A stretch of DNA of 64,000 bases, taken from the NCBI GenBank assembly GCA_030054135.1, contig JASGCN010000002.1, positions 21,484-85,483 of the forward strand, read 5' to 3'. The notes beneath the pieces are model-generated. The model ran no database searches, was not told the DNA's origin, and was given only the letters and a program-made list of their open reading frames with translations. Of this stretch, positions 8,420-20,824 are shown piece after piece; position 1 is the first letter of the stretch, and every line of letters begins with the position of its first letter. Both the position numbers and the translations under genes were made by a program. This DNA comes from Alphaproteobacteria bacterium (GTDB taxonomy: Bacteria; Patescibacteriota; Minisyncoccia; Phycocordibacterales; JABAAK01).

Positions 8420-9169
8420 ATGAAAAAATCAACATTTGAATTTGGACATTCGTATGAAACATATTCCTTTGCATATTGTTTGTATGTAGAAAAAGAAAAA
8501 AAAGATACACTGTCTGATATATATAACGCGGGATATTTGCCATTTACTGCCGCGAAAGGAATAAAAAATATTTTTTATATGGCACGCAGTGCACGATATC
8601 CAGTGCAACAGTGGAAAGAAACAAGTGAAAATAAAAGAGTATTTAAAAAATTTGACGATGTATTTGAAAAAGAAATTCTCTCTGTTGCAGATATACGACA
8701 TGATACACATTTTTTTGATGTATCACTTACATATTTTAAAAAAACACATGGGTTGGTTATGCCGCGTAAGCGTCTCGAATTGATATTGGATTTTGGCATT
8801 ATTAAAGAAGTGGTAGTATACAAAAAAGATGGGGTAGCACAGGCGTATATTCTTATCACTGGGGACGATGTGTGTTCGCACTATTGGTTTTCTTTTTATG
8901 ATGTAGAGTATCAAAAATCTTCTCTTGGCATGTGGCTTGCTCTTGATTATATTCGTTCCATGAAAAAGACAAAGCAAACATATTTTTATTTTGGTACATG
9001 TTATGCAGAAAAAGCATTATACAAAACAAATATTGAACCACTTGAATATTGGGATGGATCTGTATGGGTGAAAGACAAAAACTCACTTAAAACATTGTGT
9101 CGTACAGATACGACAAGAAAAATTTCAGGGCACAAGGATATGTATAAAAGCAATCTCGAACTGTTTTAA
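8420..9169 (+). CDS. Hypothetical protein; weak resemblance to Ate/Bpt aminoacyl-tRNA protein transferase C-terminal region
   Basis: YFYFGTCYAEKALYKTNIEPLEYW resembles the YLGYxIxxCxxMxYK motif of Bpt/ATE_C; otherwise unrecognised. Confidence 0.3.
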   Translation: MKKSTFEFGHSYETYSFAYCLYVEKEKKDTLSDIYNAGYLPFTAAKGIKNIFYMARSARYPVQQWKETSENKRVFKKFDDVFEKEILSVADIRHDTHFFDVSLTYFKKTHGLVMPRKRLELILDFGIIKEVVVYKKDGVAQAYILITGDDVCSHYWFSFYDVEYQKSSLGMWLALDYIRSMKKTKQTYFYFGTCYAEKALYKTNIEPLEYWDGSVWVKDKNSLKTLCRTDTTRKISGHKDMYKSNLELF

Positions 9170-9177
9170 AGTACTAG

Positions 9178-9918
9178 TTAATAATGTCCGACCACAAGTT
9201 TATTATTTCGTATTTCGTATGTTTTTGTGTATGCAATATGAGGTTCAGTGGAAAACGGTTCGTGAGGGTATCTATCTAAATAATTTACAATCACTTTTTT
9301 ATCTTTGATTTTTATATTTTTGATACGGATACGATCTCCCAGCGAATCTTGATACAGTGTGTTTGTATTTCCATCAACAATGAGAGCAGTAAAAAAAGTT
9401 CCAGTACCAGCAGAACGAAATATAAGTATTGAAGCATAATCGCGAATAGTATCTTCTGAAATATTTCCTGATACAACATTTTTTCGTTCTATGATGTACG
9501 ATCCATTTTCTTCTATCTCGAGATACCCATTCTCAAGAGTTATTGTCTCTTCATTTTCTGTTTCTATTGGAATTTGAATAGCACTAAATATATTAAATGC
9601 CTTTTGAGCTATGTGTGTTCGGTAGGTGTACCACCCGTAGCAAAGCACCGCTACCATCACCACGAGGATAAAACTTATTCGTTTGTTTGCCATTGTGTGT
9701 TTTATTATTTCACGCAGAAGTATGACAATTGAGAGTACTATTTTTTTTATAAATGATATGCGTGGTGCATGTGGTGTTGGTGTATACCTTTTTTTCTCTT
9801 CAGGAATATGCACAGGAAGAGTAGGCGATGTATGTGATTTCAATATGGGGGTGGAACGAGCTTTTTTTTCTTTTGGTTTTTCTTTTGTTATTTTTTTCTT
9901 GGATATTTTTTTAGGCAT
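9178..9918 (-). CDS. Hypothetical membrane protein with highly basic Lys/Pro-rich cytoplasmic N-terminus and one TM helix
   Basis: ORF track; MPKKISKKKITKEKPKEKK...; TM ISFILVVMVAVLCYGWY. Confidence 0.5.
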   Translation of the reverse strand: MPKKISKKKITKEKPKEKKARSTPILKSHTSPTLPVHIPEEKKRYTPTPHAPRISFIKKIVLSIVILLREIIKHTMANKRISFILVVMVAVLCYGWYTYRTHIAQKAFNIFSAIQIPIETENEETITLENGYLEIEENGSYIIERKNVVSGNISEDTIRDYASILIFRSAGTGTFFTALIVDGNTNTLYQDSLGDRIRIKNIKIKDKKVIVNYLDRYPHEPFSTEPHIAYTKTYEIRNNKLVVGHY

Positions 9919-9984
9919 AGTATTATTTTTCTATCATACTATATTTAAGTGTATACATGCTAGAGACACGATATGTATGTGCAA

Positions 9985-10557
9985 TTAGTACACGCGAGCA
10001 AATGCAATGCAAAGTACATGAGTGTGTCCTTTTCTTACAAGGGTTTCTCTTGCGGATACTATAGTTGCGTTAGTGGTGGTCACATCGTCAAGAATAATGA
10101 TGAGGTCTTCTTTTGGAGGTAGGGTATTACAATCAAATGCATTGATCATATTTTTTAGGCGATCTTTTTTATTCAATGTATGTTGTTCAGAAACATTTTT
10201 TTTGTATACAAACATTGGGCGTACGCGTATGTTGTATGTAGGAGTTAATGCGTTCACACAGAGGGTGGCTATATTTGTAAGATGATCTATGCCGTGCGTT
10301 TTAATACGAGTAGCGCTTGGCGGTATAGGAGCAATGTGTATTACACGAGAATGTTTTTGTGTGTGAAGTATCTCATCACTATCAATATCTAAAAGAATGT
10401 CGCTCAAGCCACGGGAGAGATATGTTGCAATCATCTGGGTTGCTTTTGTATCATTTTCATATTTACACGCAAGAAGAATAGATTTACTATCTGAGTATTT
10501 GGTGAGTGAGTATATGCCATTGTGATATGTGATACGCATGGGCATTGCGTGTTGCAT
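9985..10557 (-). CDS. comF: ComF-like phosphoribosyltransferase-fold competence protein (start uncertain; ORF extends to 10722 but that would overlap pilM)
   Basis: C-terminal PRTase motif IIILDDVTTTNATIV; 245-aa ORF, start trimmed to MQHAMPM to leave divergent intergenic space. Confidence 0.55.
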   Translation of the reverse strand: MQHAMPMRITYHNGIYSLTKYSDSKSILLACKYENDTKATQMIATYLSRGLSDILLDIDSDEILHTQKHSRVIHIAPIPPSATRIKTHGIDHLTNIATLCVNALTPTYNIRVRPMFVYKKNVSEQHTLNKKDRLKNMINAFDCNTLPPKEDLIIILDDVTTTNATIVSARETLVRKGHTHVLCIAFARVY

Positions 10558-10678
10558 ACTACGTATGTGTGTATATGTTCTTTTTGGAAAAATAACAGTG
10601 CTTATCACTCGGAAATATTTTTTAATAAACACAAAGAGATTCATAAGAACATGGTACACTGTCAGTATATTTGACATT

Positions 10679-11821
10679 ATGACTATTGTTGATTCTCTAA
10701 AAAATATTTTACATGTAGGCAAAAAAGAATCAGTTCTTGGAATTGATGTTGGAACCTCAGCTATAAAAATAGTTCAATTACATCAAAGTAGCGATGGGCC
10801 AGTTCTTGATACCTACGGGTCACTCGCCCTTGGCCCACAAGTAGAAGAAAAAAAAATTGCAATTGGTGAGTCAGTGCCAATTACTGTTTCACTTATAAAA
10901 AAATCTCTTTCGTATCTTATGCGTGAATCGAAAACCACAGCAACTGTTTTTGGTTTTTCACTTCCTTTTAGATCGAGTTATGTAAAACAAATTACAGTAC
11001 CACAAATGTCGGATGAAAGTTTGCGAGAAGTTATAGACATAGAAGCAAATAAACATATTCCTGTTCCATTGCAGGATGTAACATTTGAATGGTTTCCTGT
11101 GCCTGAATTGTTTAGTGATATTGAAGAGAACCAACTCACTACAGTCGGTGGAAGAGACACTCCACTCCTAGAGAAAAAAAATACTGATACTCGTACACTT
11201 GTACTTTCTGTGGTAGAAAATACTACTCTTAATTTATACAAATCAATTGCAAGTGAATTACAAATGCTTAACCCACGCTTCGAGATTGAAATATTTTCTG
11301 CGTTGCGGTCTACTACAAAAGAAACCCATGCACCAACACTCATTATAGATATTGGTGCTCGGACAACTAAATTTTATATTGTATTGCACAGTATTGTGTT
11401 TCGGTCATTTTTTATAGATCAAGGAGGGGAAACACTTACTCATGTGATTATGAATTCTGAAAAAATTGCATTTCAGGATGCTGAACTTAAAAAAAGAGAA
11501 TACGGACTTGAACATCCACATGAAGAGTTACGTGAAAGTATGAATGCAATTATTGATAATTTAATTAGTGAGATCAATATCAACATGCAAGATTTTGAGT
11601 CACACTATCATCATGCCATTGGGCGAGTTGTTCTTACTGGGGGAGGGAGTACTCTTGGGGGGCTGTATCAAAAAATTAAAGAGAATATACCTGTGGCGGT
11701 TGAATACGCGAATCCATTTCTCTATGTGGCTCATCAGAAAAATGTTAATGATATTTTACAAAAAGTGGGGCCTGAGTTTTCAGTTGCCATTGGCATAGCA
11801 ATGCGTATGTTACAAAAATAG
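10679..11821 (+). CDS. pilM: Type IV pilus assembly ATPase-fold protein PilM
   Basis: VLGIDVGTSAIKIVQL actin-like N-terminal motif; ~380 aa. Confidence 0.8.
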   Translation: MTIVDSLKNILHVGKKESVLGIDVGTSAIKIVQLHQSSDGPVLDTYGSLALGPQVEEKKIAIGESVPITVSLIKKSLSYLMRESKTTATVFGFSLPFRSSYVKQITVPQMSDESLREVIDIEANKHIPVPLQDVTFEWFPVPELFSDIEENQLTTVGGRDTPLLEKKNTDTRTLVLSVVENTTLNLYKSIASELQMLNPRFEIEIFSALRSTTKETHAPTLIIDIGARTTKFYIVLHSIVFRSFFIDQGGETLTHVIMNSEKIAFQDAELKKREYGLEHPHEELRESMNAIIDNLISEININMQDFESHYHHAIGRVVLTGGGSTLGGLYQKIKENIPVAVEYANPFLYVAHQKNVNDILQKVGPEFSVAIGIAMRMLQK

Positions 11822-11886
11822 AGTATACTTCATATACCGTGTCAACTAAAGTTGCATGGTTATAATAATTATTTTAATCATATTGT

Positions 11887-12561
11887 ATGAACACATATCT
11901 ATCCGGATTTAGTAATGTGCAGGATACTTTTTATGGTGTTCTTAATGTTATTCCTACTTTAATACTTGCGATTGTCATTTTTGTGGCTGCGTGGGTAATA
12001 GGATGGCTAGTAAAAGAATTTATCATGATTGTATTTAAGCAAGTTTCTATCATTGACGAAGCTCTAAAAAATCTTGGTCTTGAAGAAATCACCTCACGTA
12101 TGGGGATGAAAGTAAACGTTGGAAAATTTTTCGGCGTTATCATTCAAATATTTGTAATAGTACTTGGTTTAATGATCTCACTAGACGTGCTTGGTCTTAC
12201 CGCCATCACTGAGTATCTCAAAAATGATGTACTAGGATATATTCCTCGTGTAATTTCTGCTGGTATTATCATTGTTATCGGTTTACTAGTGGCTAACCTT
12301 CTTTCAGGAGTGGTGTCAGGAGCATCTCGTGGTGCTCATGTAAACGGTGCGATGGCTGCAACTACTGCTAAGTATGCGGTAATCATTTTCACAGTGATTA
12401 TTGCTCTTACTCAGCTTGGTATCGCTGCGGATATCCTCAGAACTGTTATTTTCGGTGCTATTGCTGCTGCGTCTCTTGCATTAGGCCTTTCATTTGGTCT
12501 TGGTGGACAAGATGCTGCTAGAGAATTCATTGAAAAAACAAAAAAAGAAATGCGTGAATAA
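11887..12561 (+). CDS. Membrane protein with repeated conserved-TM-helix motifs (MscS N-terminal-like)
   Basis: Four hydrophobic repeats of similar pattern (ILAIVIFVAAWVIGW..., IQIFVIVLGLMISL..., IIIVIGLLVANLLSG..., VIIFTVIIALTQLG...). Confidence 0.45.
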   Translation: MNTYLSGFSNVQDTFYGVLNVIPTLILAIVIFVAAWVIGWLVKEFIMIVFKQVSIIDEALKNLGLEEITSRMGMKVNVGKFFGVIIQIFVIVLGLMISLDVLGLTAITEYLKNDVLGYIPRVISAGIIIVIGLLVANLLSGVVSGASRGAHVNGAMAATTAKYAVIIFTVIIALTQLGIAADILRTVIFGAIAAASLALGLSFGLGGQDAAREFIEKTKKEMRE

Positions 12562-12590
12562 TCTATAGATTATTTAGGTTGTTTTTTAAC

Positions 12591-12624
12591 AAACCCGCCC
12601 TTTTAGGGCGGGTTTGTTTTTTTC
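12591..12624 (+). terminator. Rho-independent terminator (AAACCCGCCC-TTTTA-GGGCGGGTTT + T7)
   Basis: Perfect 10-bp GC-rich stem plus T run. Confidence 0.65.
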
Positions 12625-12633
12625 TCATTTTCC

Positions 12634-12663
12634 TTGACATAGTGTGTCGTACGAGGGTATAGT
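12634..12663 (+). promoter_or_regulatory. Putative 23S-5S rRNA promoter TTGACA-N17/18-TATAGT
   Basis: TTGACA 12634-12639; TATAGT 12658-12663; same architecture as the 16S promoter at 39127. Confidence 0.45.
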
Positions 12664-12980
12664 GAGTAAGTAATGTTAGAAGTGAGCCTTCACACTTTTA
12701 GCTTTCTTAATCACACATTGTATGACAATGTGGGAACATAAAAAAGATTTTTGCGTGGGCCCCTTATAGCTCTTGCACTTAAACCAGCGTATGACAATAC
12801 AATAGCAAAGGCAATTTTCATTGAATGCGAAAGCATTTAATAACATTGTATTTTTGAGCAATAACATAGTGGTTCGTTCACTATGTCGTTCACTAGAAGT
12901 AATTGTGGTGAGATCGTAAAGAGAGCAAAACAAAAAAAGAACCAAAATAAAAATAGACAAACATGTGTTCTTTCGTTTCC

Positions 12981-15923
<2,943 letters not shown>

Positions 15924-16044
15924 AAATGAAAGAACATAACACATGAAAGCAAATAACAACACAATTATTTTATAGATACAATGTGAAGAAAGTTGCCTTT
16001 GCTATTGAATTGTCATATACTGAAAGAGGATACTTAGTATTTAA

Positions 16045-16152
16045 CTTTGGTGATATACTCGTGGAGGTAACACCCGTTCCCATTCCGAATACGGCAGTGA
16101 AGGGCCACAGAGGTGATGATACTCGAAAGGGGAAAGTAGCTCGTCGCCAAAG
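16045..16152 (+). rRNA. rrf: 5S ribosomal RNA
   Basis: CACCCGTTCCCATTCCGAATACGG core; terminal helix CTTTGGTG...CGCCAAAG. Confidence 0.8.
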
Positions 16153-16186
16153 TTAAGTACTCAGTTGTGTTTGTTATTATCATACT

Positions 16187-16519
16187 ATGAATTTTTTATT
16201 TATCAAAAAAAATAGTTACCGTTTTTTTTTGATTTTTTGTTTCGTCATAGTGGGGAGTACTATAAGTATTGTCGGAATAGTGTTTACCATACATCCAGAT
16301 CGAATTACCATGCTACACACTGTCCCTACATTATTAGAGAGAGTGTATGCTGATAGTGATATATACATACAGAAAAAAGATTCATCACAAACTTCGGTAT
16401 TTCAAAAAACAACATTTACCTTTGCAAGTACTATACTCAATAGTCATGTAGCACTTATAAAAAAAATTGTAAGTATAACACTTGATCGGGTTGTTATAAA
16501 AGAAAAAGACACATTGTGA
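16187..16519 (+). CDS. Hypothetical small membrane protein (110 aa)
   Basis: ORF track; one TM segment. Confidence 0.4.
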   Translation: MNFLFIKKNSYRFFLIFCFVIVGSTISIVGIVFTIHPDRITMLHTVPTLLERVYADSDIYIQKKDSSQTSVFQKTTFTFASTILNSHVALIKKIVSITLDRVVIKEKDTL

Positions 16520-16526
16520 TGTATAT

Positions 16527-17267
16527 ATGAGTGGAACAAATGATTTTAGTATTGTTGCTTGTTTGCAATATGCGTGGAAAAGAAAATTTTATCACGATAG
16601 ATATAGTACTTTTTTTTCTACAACGCTTCTTGTTTCTACTGTGAGTAGTGTATACATGCAAATACAGGGAGAATTTTTATTAGCTCTTTTTTTAGATGCA
16701 GTTACATTTTTTTTTATGGTGGCACACTTTAACTTTTTTCTTCATATTGTAGAAAGAAAAACTATAAAAGCATCTTGGACTGCTCTTATTCCAACCCTCA
16801 AGGTATATACGCAAGTAGTAGTAAGTATTTTTTTGGTGATTGGGCATATTGCAAAAAAAATATTATCCGTTCTTGTGCCGTTACTTTTAGTGATTTTTTC
16901 TTTGGGGGTATTGGGTAGTCTGTTTGCCCAGTCGCCATATACTATTATTACTTTTGCAAAAACAATGCTTGACGCCCTTTCGTTGCCAGTGATTGTGGGG
17001 GGAGGGATTCTTTTGTATAGTATGTTGGTTCTCTATATTATTGAGTATTATTTCGTAATATGCGCATGTTTGGATGGGCATAGCTCACATGAGGCGATTA
17101 TAATAAGTAAACGCATTGCTCGAAAAGAAAGATTTCGTCTTATAGGCCTTTTTCATGTCTCTCTTTTTGTACTCATTGTAGGGTTTCTCTCTTTTTTTGT
17201 GGGGGCATACCTCACTATTCCTTTGTTTATGCTTATGCAGGTATACGCGTACAATAGTTTAAAATAA
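16527..17267 (+). CDS. Hypothetical polytopic membrane protein (246 aa)
   Basis: ORF track; 5-6 hydrophobic segments. Confidence 0.5.
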   Translation: MSGTNDFSIVACLQYAWKRKFYHDRYSTFFSTTLLVSTVSSVYMQIQGEFLLALFLDAVTFFFMVAHFNFFLHIVERKTIKASWTALIPTLKVYTQVVVSIFLVIGHIAKKILSVLVPLLLVIFSLGVLGSLFAQSPYTIITFAKTMLDALSLPVIVGGGILLYSMLVLYIIEYYFVICACLDGHSSHEAIIISKRIARKERFRLIGLFHVSLFVLIVGFLSFFVGAYLTIPLFMLMQVYAYNSLK

Positions 17268-17278
17268 TTTTTTCTTAT

Positions 17279-20089
17279 TTGATAGTATCATGGTTCTATA
17301 TGGTTAAATATCCTGAGGGAGGTAGTGGACCAGCACATAAAGAGGTTTATATCGAAAGAAATTTTATACCGTGGCATACTCTGGCACATTTGGAAAGGTA
17401 CGATGAAATTTCAGATTATTCAAATGACAATAAAAAATATTTGGTGAAAGATTTTAATTCTGATACACCAGGAGTTGTTAAATTGCATAATAAAACAGAT
17501 GATACATGGGGTAATTACAAAATTGCAAAAACAAACGACACATGGAAAGTATTTCCAATTGACCACATATTTCTTCAAAAAGACAATCATCCACGAATTC
17601 AAATAGATAATAAAAATTATTCCTTAATATATTCTAATGCTGGTAAAAAAAAACGGGTAAAAGTATATGAAGAAAAATTTGATCCTGAATCTGGAACATG
17701 GAAACATGAGGTGATATCACCAGATACAATATTACAAAATAAAATTAAACAAGAAATAGGTAAACAAAAAGAAACAGAAAAGCTATTACTAGAGTACTTG
17801 AAGTCTCAAGCACCTTCTTTAGATATATTTGATGTAATTCCATTTTATTCGGATGACAAAAAAACATATCGAGTGTTGAAGTTTGTCTCTGGTGAACCAG
17901 GAGTTGTTGAATTGTATAATCAAACAGATGATACATGGGGTAATTACAAAATTGCAAAAATAAACAACACATGGAGAGTATTTCCAATGGAGCATCATTT
18001 TATTCCACAAAAAAATGGTTATAAAATATTTTCAATGAAGAATAAAGTTTATCATTTAAAAAAAAATAGTGGTAAGAACTTTGAAGTGTGCGAGGAAATA
18101 TTTGATACCACACAAGGATCATGGAGGTTTAATGAGGTACAAGATAAAGTACTCAAACAAAAAATTGTAAGTGTTTTTCTCACACAAGGTAGAGGAAAAG
18201 ACGAGGGTAAGACAAAAGAAAACACCAACTGGTTCGATCTCCCCCGATTTGGTTTAAAAGCAAATGATAAAGTTCAATATGAAAAAAAAGATTGCGTAAT
18301 AAATGATTTTTTGTTTTATAAGCCTGGATGTATTACATTGAAAGACTACGGAGAAAAACAATTTAAAATTGCAAAAATAAATGGCACATGGGGGGCGTTC
18401 TCAATTGACCACACTTTTGCTCCCAAACCATATAAAAAAATTACAGCAGAGGGTAAAAATTATTTTATCAATTCGCATGAAAACAAAACACCATACACAC
18501 TATGGGAAGAAAGATTCATCTCACATGCAGGAACATGGAACCTTCATACAGCAACAATAAGTGAATCAATGAGAAAGAAAATTAAAGATGAACTTTGGTA
18601 TTTTGATATTCCTAAAGAAGTTCTCTTTAAAGGAAATGCCGCAAAAATTGAGCATTTCATAGAAAAAAAATTAGGATTTGTTACATTAAAAGGCGATGGG
18701 GATCAACAATTTAAAATTGCAAAAATAAATGGTAGGTGGGAGGCATTTATCTATAATTATAACTTTTTCAACAAAGAATATATACGGGTTGGTATAAATA
18801 ATAAAAATTATTTCGTAAAAAAAAATCTCGCTGAAGAAATAAAAATATATGAAGAAAAATTTAATCCTAATTCCGAAGAATGGGTACTTTCTGGTGTGGC
18901 CGTAGGTGATACATTGCGAAATATAATAATATCAAAAGGAAAGGAGATTCTTGCTGAACAAGTAAATAAAAAATCGTTTACACCAACCACACCATTAACT
19001 ACAAGTACACCTGGGTATGCTGGAGAAGCTTGGGGTATTCATCCTGGTGGTTGGGGGGGTACTGAGGGTATACCAAAAAAATCTGAATCAAATTCCTATA
19101 AACCCACTATTTCAAAAATTGAACCACAAACATTGCAAGATCTGATAGCGCAGGAACGTACCATGGAATCGGACATGCAAACATCAAAGCAGACAATGAA
19201 TACATTACAAACAAAAGATGAACAAATATATTCGAAGAATCGATTTTTAATAGAAACAGATCCAGAAAAATTAACTCCTAAAGAAAAAGAAAAATTAGCC
19301 TCCATTCTTTTGAAAAGACTTGCTCTTAAACTAGAAATAGAACATTTTAAAAATGAAAAAAATGGTAACGAAAGTAGGCTATACATAAGACAATTATTGA
19401 AAGATAAACCAATACAAAAAAATCAAATACCAATCATGGGGGAGGAGACTTTGCGAGGTCTTGTGGAAAGCCCCAGCAATACTTCAAATCCAGATAAGAC
19501 AACAATTCAACCCATTGGTAGTGACCAAACAATAATTCAACCAACAGCCTCATCTACTGGTACATTTCCTACTGAAGATGTGACTCATAAGAACATACAA
19601 GGTACACAACAAATATTTACACAAGCGGTGCGTTTTTTAAAAGATATTACACATAATAATAAACCAAATAAAAAAGCATTAGCTTATTTTGCGGCCTTCC
19701 TTATTGCGCTTGGATTGCCAAAGGGGGTAAAGGATGACTCAGATACTTCTTTCCAGCTACAAAAAAATTCAAACATATTGGAGTACCAAAAGCAAGAAAA
19801 TAAAAAAAACAACAATATAGTATCATCGGAATCAAAAATTTCCATACCTGAGAGCAAAGAAACACCTACAATATCTGACATATATGTAGTAAAAAAAGGA
19901 GACAGATTAATGAAAATTTTAAGAGAAAAGGGGTACACACCTGCTGATGTTATGAACGCAATAATGGATAGATCAGGATTCATAGAAGAGTTGGCACATC
20001 AAGGTATAACTGACCCGAATAAAATTTATCCTGGAAATGAAATAAACATTTCTAAGCTTGCGCCATACTTAAATAAATCAAGAGTATAA
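17279..20089 (+). CDS. Giant repeat protein (936 aa) with four ~35-aa GVVxLxNxTDDTWGNYKIAKxNxTWxVF repeats and C-terminal LysM domain
   Basis: Repeats read directly; C-term YVVKKGDRLMKILREKGYT...IYPGNEINI is a LysM fold motif; leaderless-type start. Confidence 0.6.
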   Translation: MIVSWFYMVKYPEGGSGPAHKEVYIERNFIPWHTLAHLERYDEISDYSNDNKKYLVKDFNSDTPGVVKLHNKTDDTWGNYKIAKTNDTWKVFPIDHIFLQKDNHPRIQIDNKNYSLIYSNAGKKKRVKVYEEKFDPESGTWKHEVISPDTILQNKIKQEIGKQKETEKLLLEYLKSQAPSLDIFDVIPFYSDDKKTYRVLKFVSGEPGVVELYNQTDDTWGNYKIAKINNTWRVFPMEHHFIPQKNGYKIFSMKNKVYHLKKNSGKNFEVCEEIFDTTQGSWRFNEVQDKVLKQKIVSVFLTQGRGKDEGKTKENTNWFDLPRFGLKANDKVQYEKKDCVINDFLFYKPGCITLKDYGEKQFKIAKINGTWGAFSIDHTFAPKPYKKITAEGKNYFINSHENKTPYTLWEERFISHAGTWNLHTATISESMRKKIKDELWYFDIPKEVLFKGNAAKIEHFIEKKLGFVTLKGDGDQQFKIAKINGRWEAFIYNYNFFNKEYIRVGINNKNYFVKKNLAEEIKIYEEKFNPNSEEWVLSGVAVGDTLRNIIISKGKEILAEQVNKKSFTPTTPLTTSTPGYAGEAWGIHPGGWGGTEGIPKKSESNSYKPTISKIEPQTLQDLIAQERTMESDMQTSKQTMNTLQTKDEQIYSKNRFLIETDPEKLTPKEKEKLASILLKRLALKLEIEHFKNEKNGNESRLYIRQLLKDKPIQKNQIPIMGEETLRGLVESPSNTSNPDKTTIQPIGSDQTIIQPTASSTGTFPTEDVTHKNIQGTQQIFTQAVRFLKDITHNNKPNKKALAYFAAFLIALGLPKGVKDDSDTSFQLQKNSNILEYQKQENKKNNNIVSSESKISIPESKETPTISDIYVVKKGDRLMKILREKGYTPADVMNAIMDRSGFIEELAHQGITDPNKIYPGNEINISKLAPYLNKSRV

Positions 20090-20096
20090 TGAATAC

Positions 20097-20804
20097 ATGA
20101 TAGAACAACATTCTAACATTGAAAAAATACCCTATAGTGATACGAGCGTTCTACAATCATTTAAAAATATTTTTATAGATGGTACATTAAAAAAAATTGA
20201 TAAAACAGAGCCAGTCCCAGATGAGTGCGCGATGGAATTTTCTTCTGCTGATGTTTCTATATTGAAGGAGCTGGATGAATCAAAAGACATTTTTTATTTC
20301 TTTTGTATGGCTGAACACGCATATACCTATGTACCGTGGAGTATGGAAACATGGGCTTTGTATTTAAGTAAAAAAACTCCTATAAACATATCGGCGGATT
20401 ATAGATGTACTACTTATATACAATCTAATAAAAATTTAAATAATATACAAGAAATATCTTTTTTTAATCAACCGCAAGCCGACATTCAAAAACATTGGGA
20501 GTGGCACTGTGGTGAAAATGGTTACGCACTTTTTAGAAAAAATTCAGCGCCTGAAGGCATTGCTCATGTACCAATTTCCACTGAGAAAAAAACGCAATCA
20601 GTTGTTGCATTTGAGCGAGCAAAGAAGACATTTAATGAGACCGTATTATATATTCTTACTGAACCATTGAAACAAGAATTTACTGAGCTTATCAAAAATG
20701 AAAAATTTTCAAAAGATCATTTATTAAGTTTTATTATGAAATGTGTTCCACACCCATATGGGTTAATGTCTACAATTCTTCAAAATCTTCAAAAAGAGAA
20801 TTAA
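20097..20804 (+). CDS. Hypothetical protein (235 aa)
   Basis: ORF track. Confidence 0.45.
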   Translation: MIEQHSNIEKIPYSDTSVLQSFKNIFIDGTLKKIDKTEPVPDECAMEFSSADVSILKELDESKDIFYFFCMAEHAYTYVPWSMETWALYLSKKTPINISADYRCTTYIQSNKNLNNIQEISFFNQPQADIQKHWEWHCGENGYALFRKNSAPEGIAHVPISTEKKTQSVVAFERAKKTFNETVLYILTEPLKQEFTELIKNEKFSKDHLLSFIMKCVPHPYGLMSTILQNLQKEN

Positions 20805-20824
20805 ATGCGTGCTATTCTGTGAGT

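Noticed and set aside
10557-10722. Extension of the comF-like ORF up to 10722
   Set aside because: That start would overlap the pilM start region (10679) in a divergent arrangement, leaving no promoter space. The internal start at 10557 was preferred, though this is unverified.
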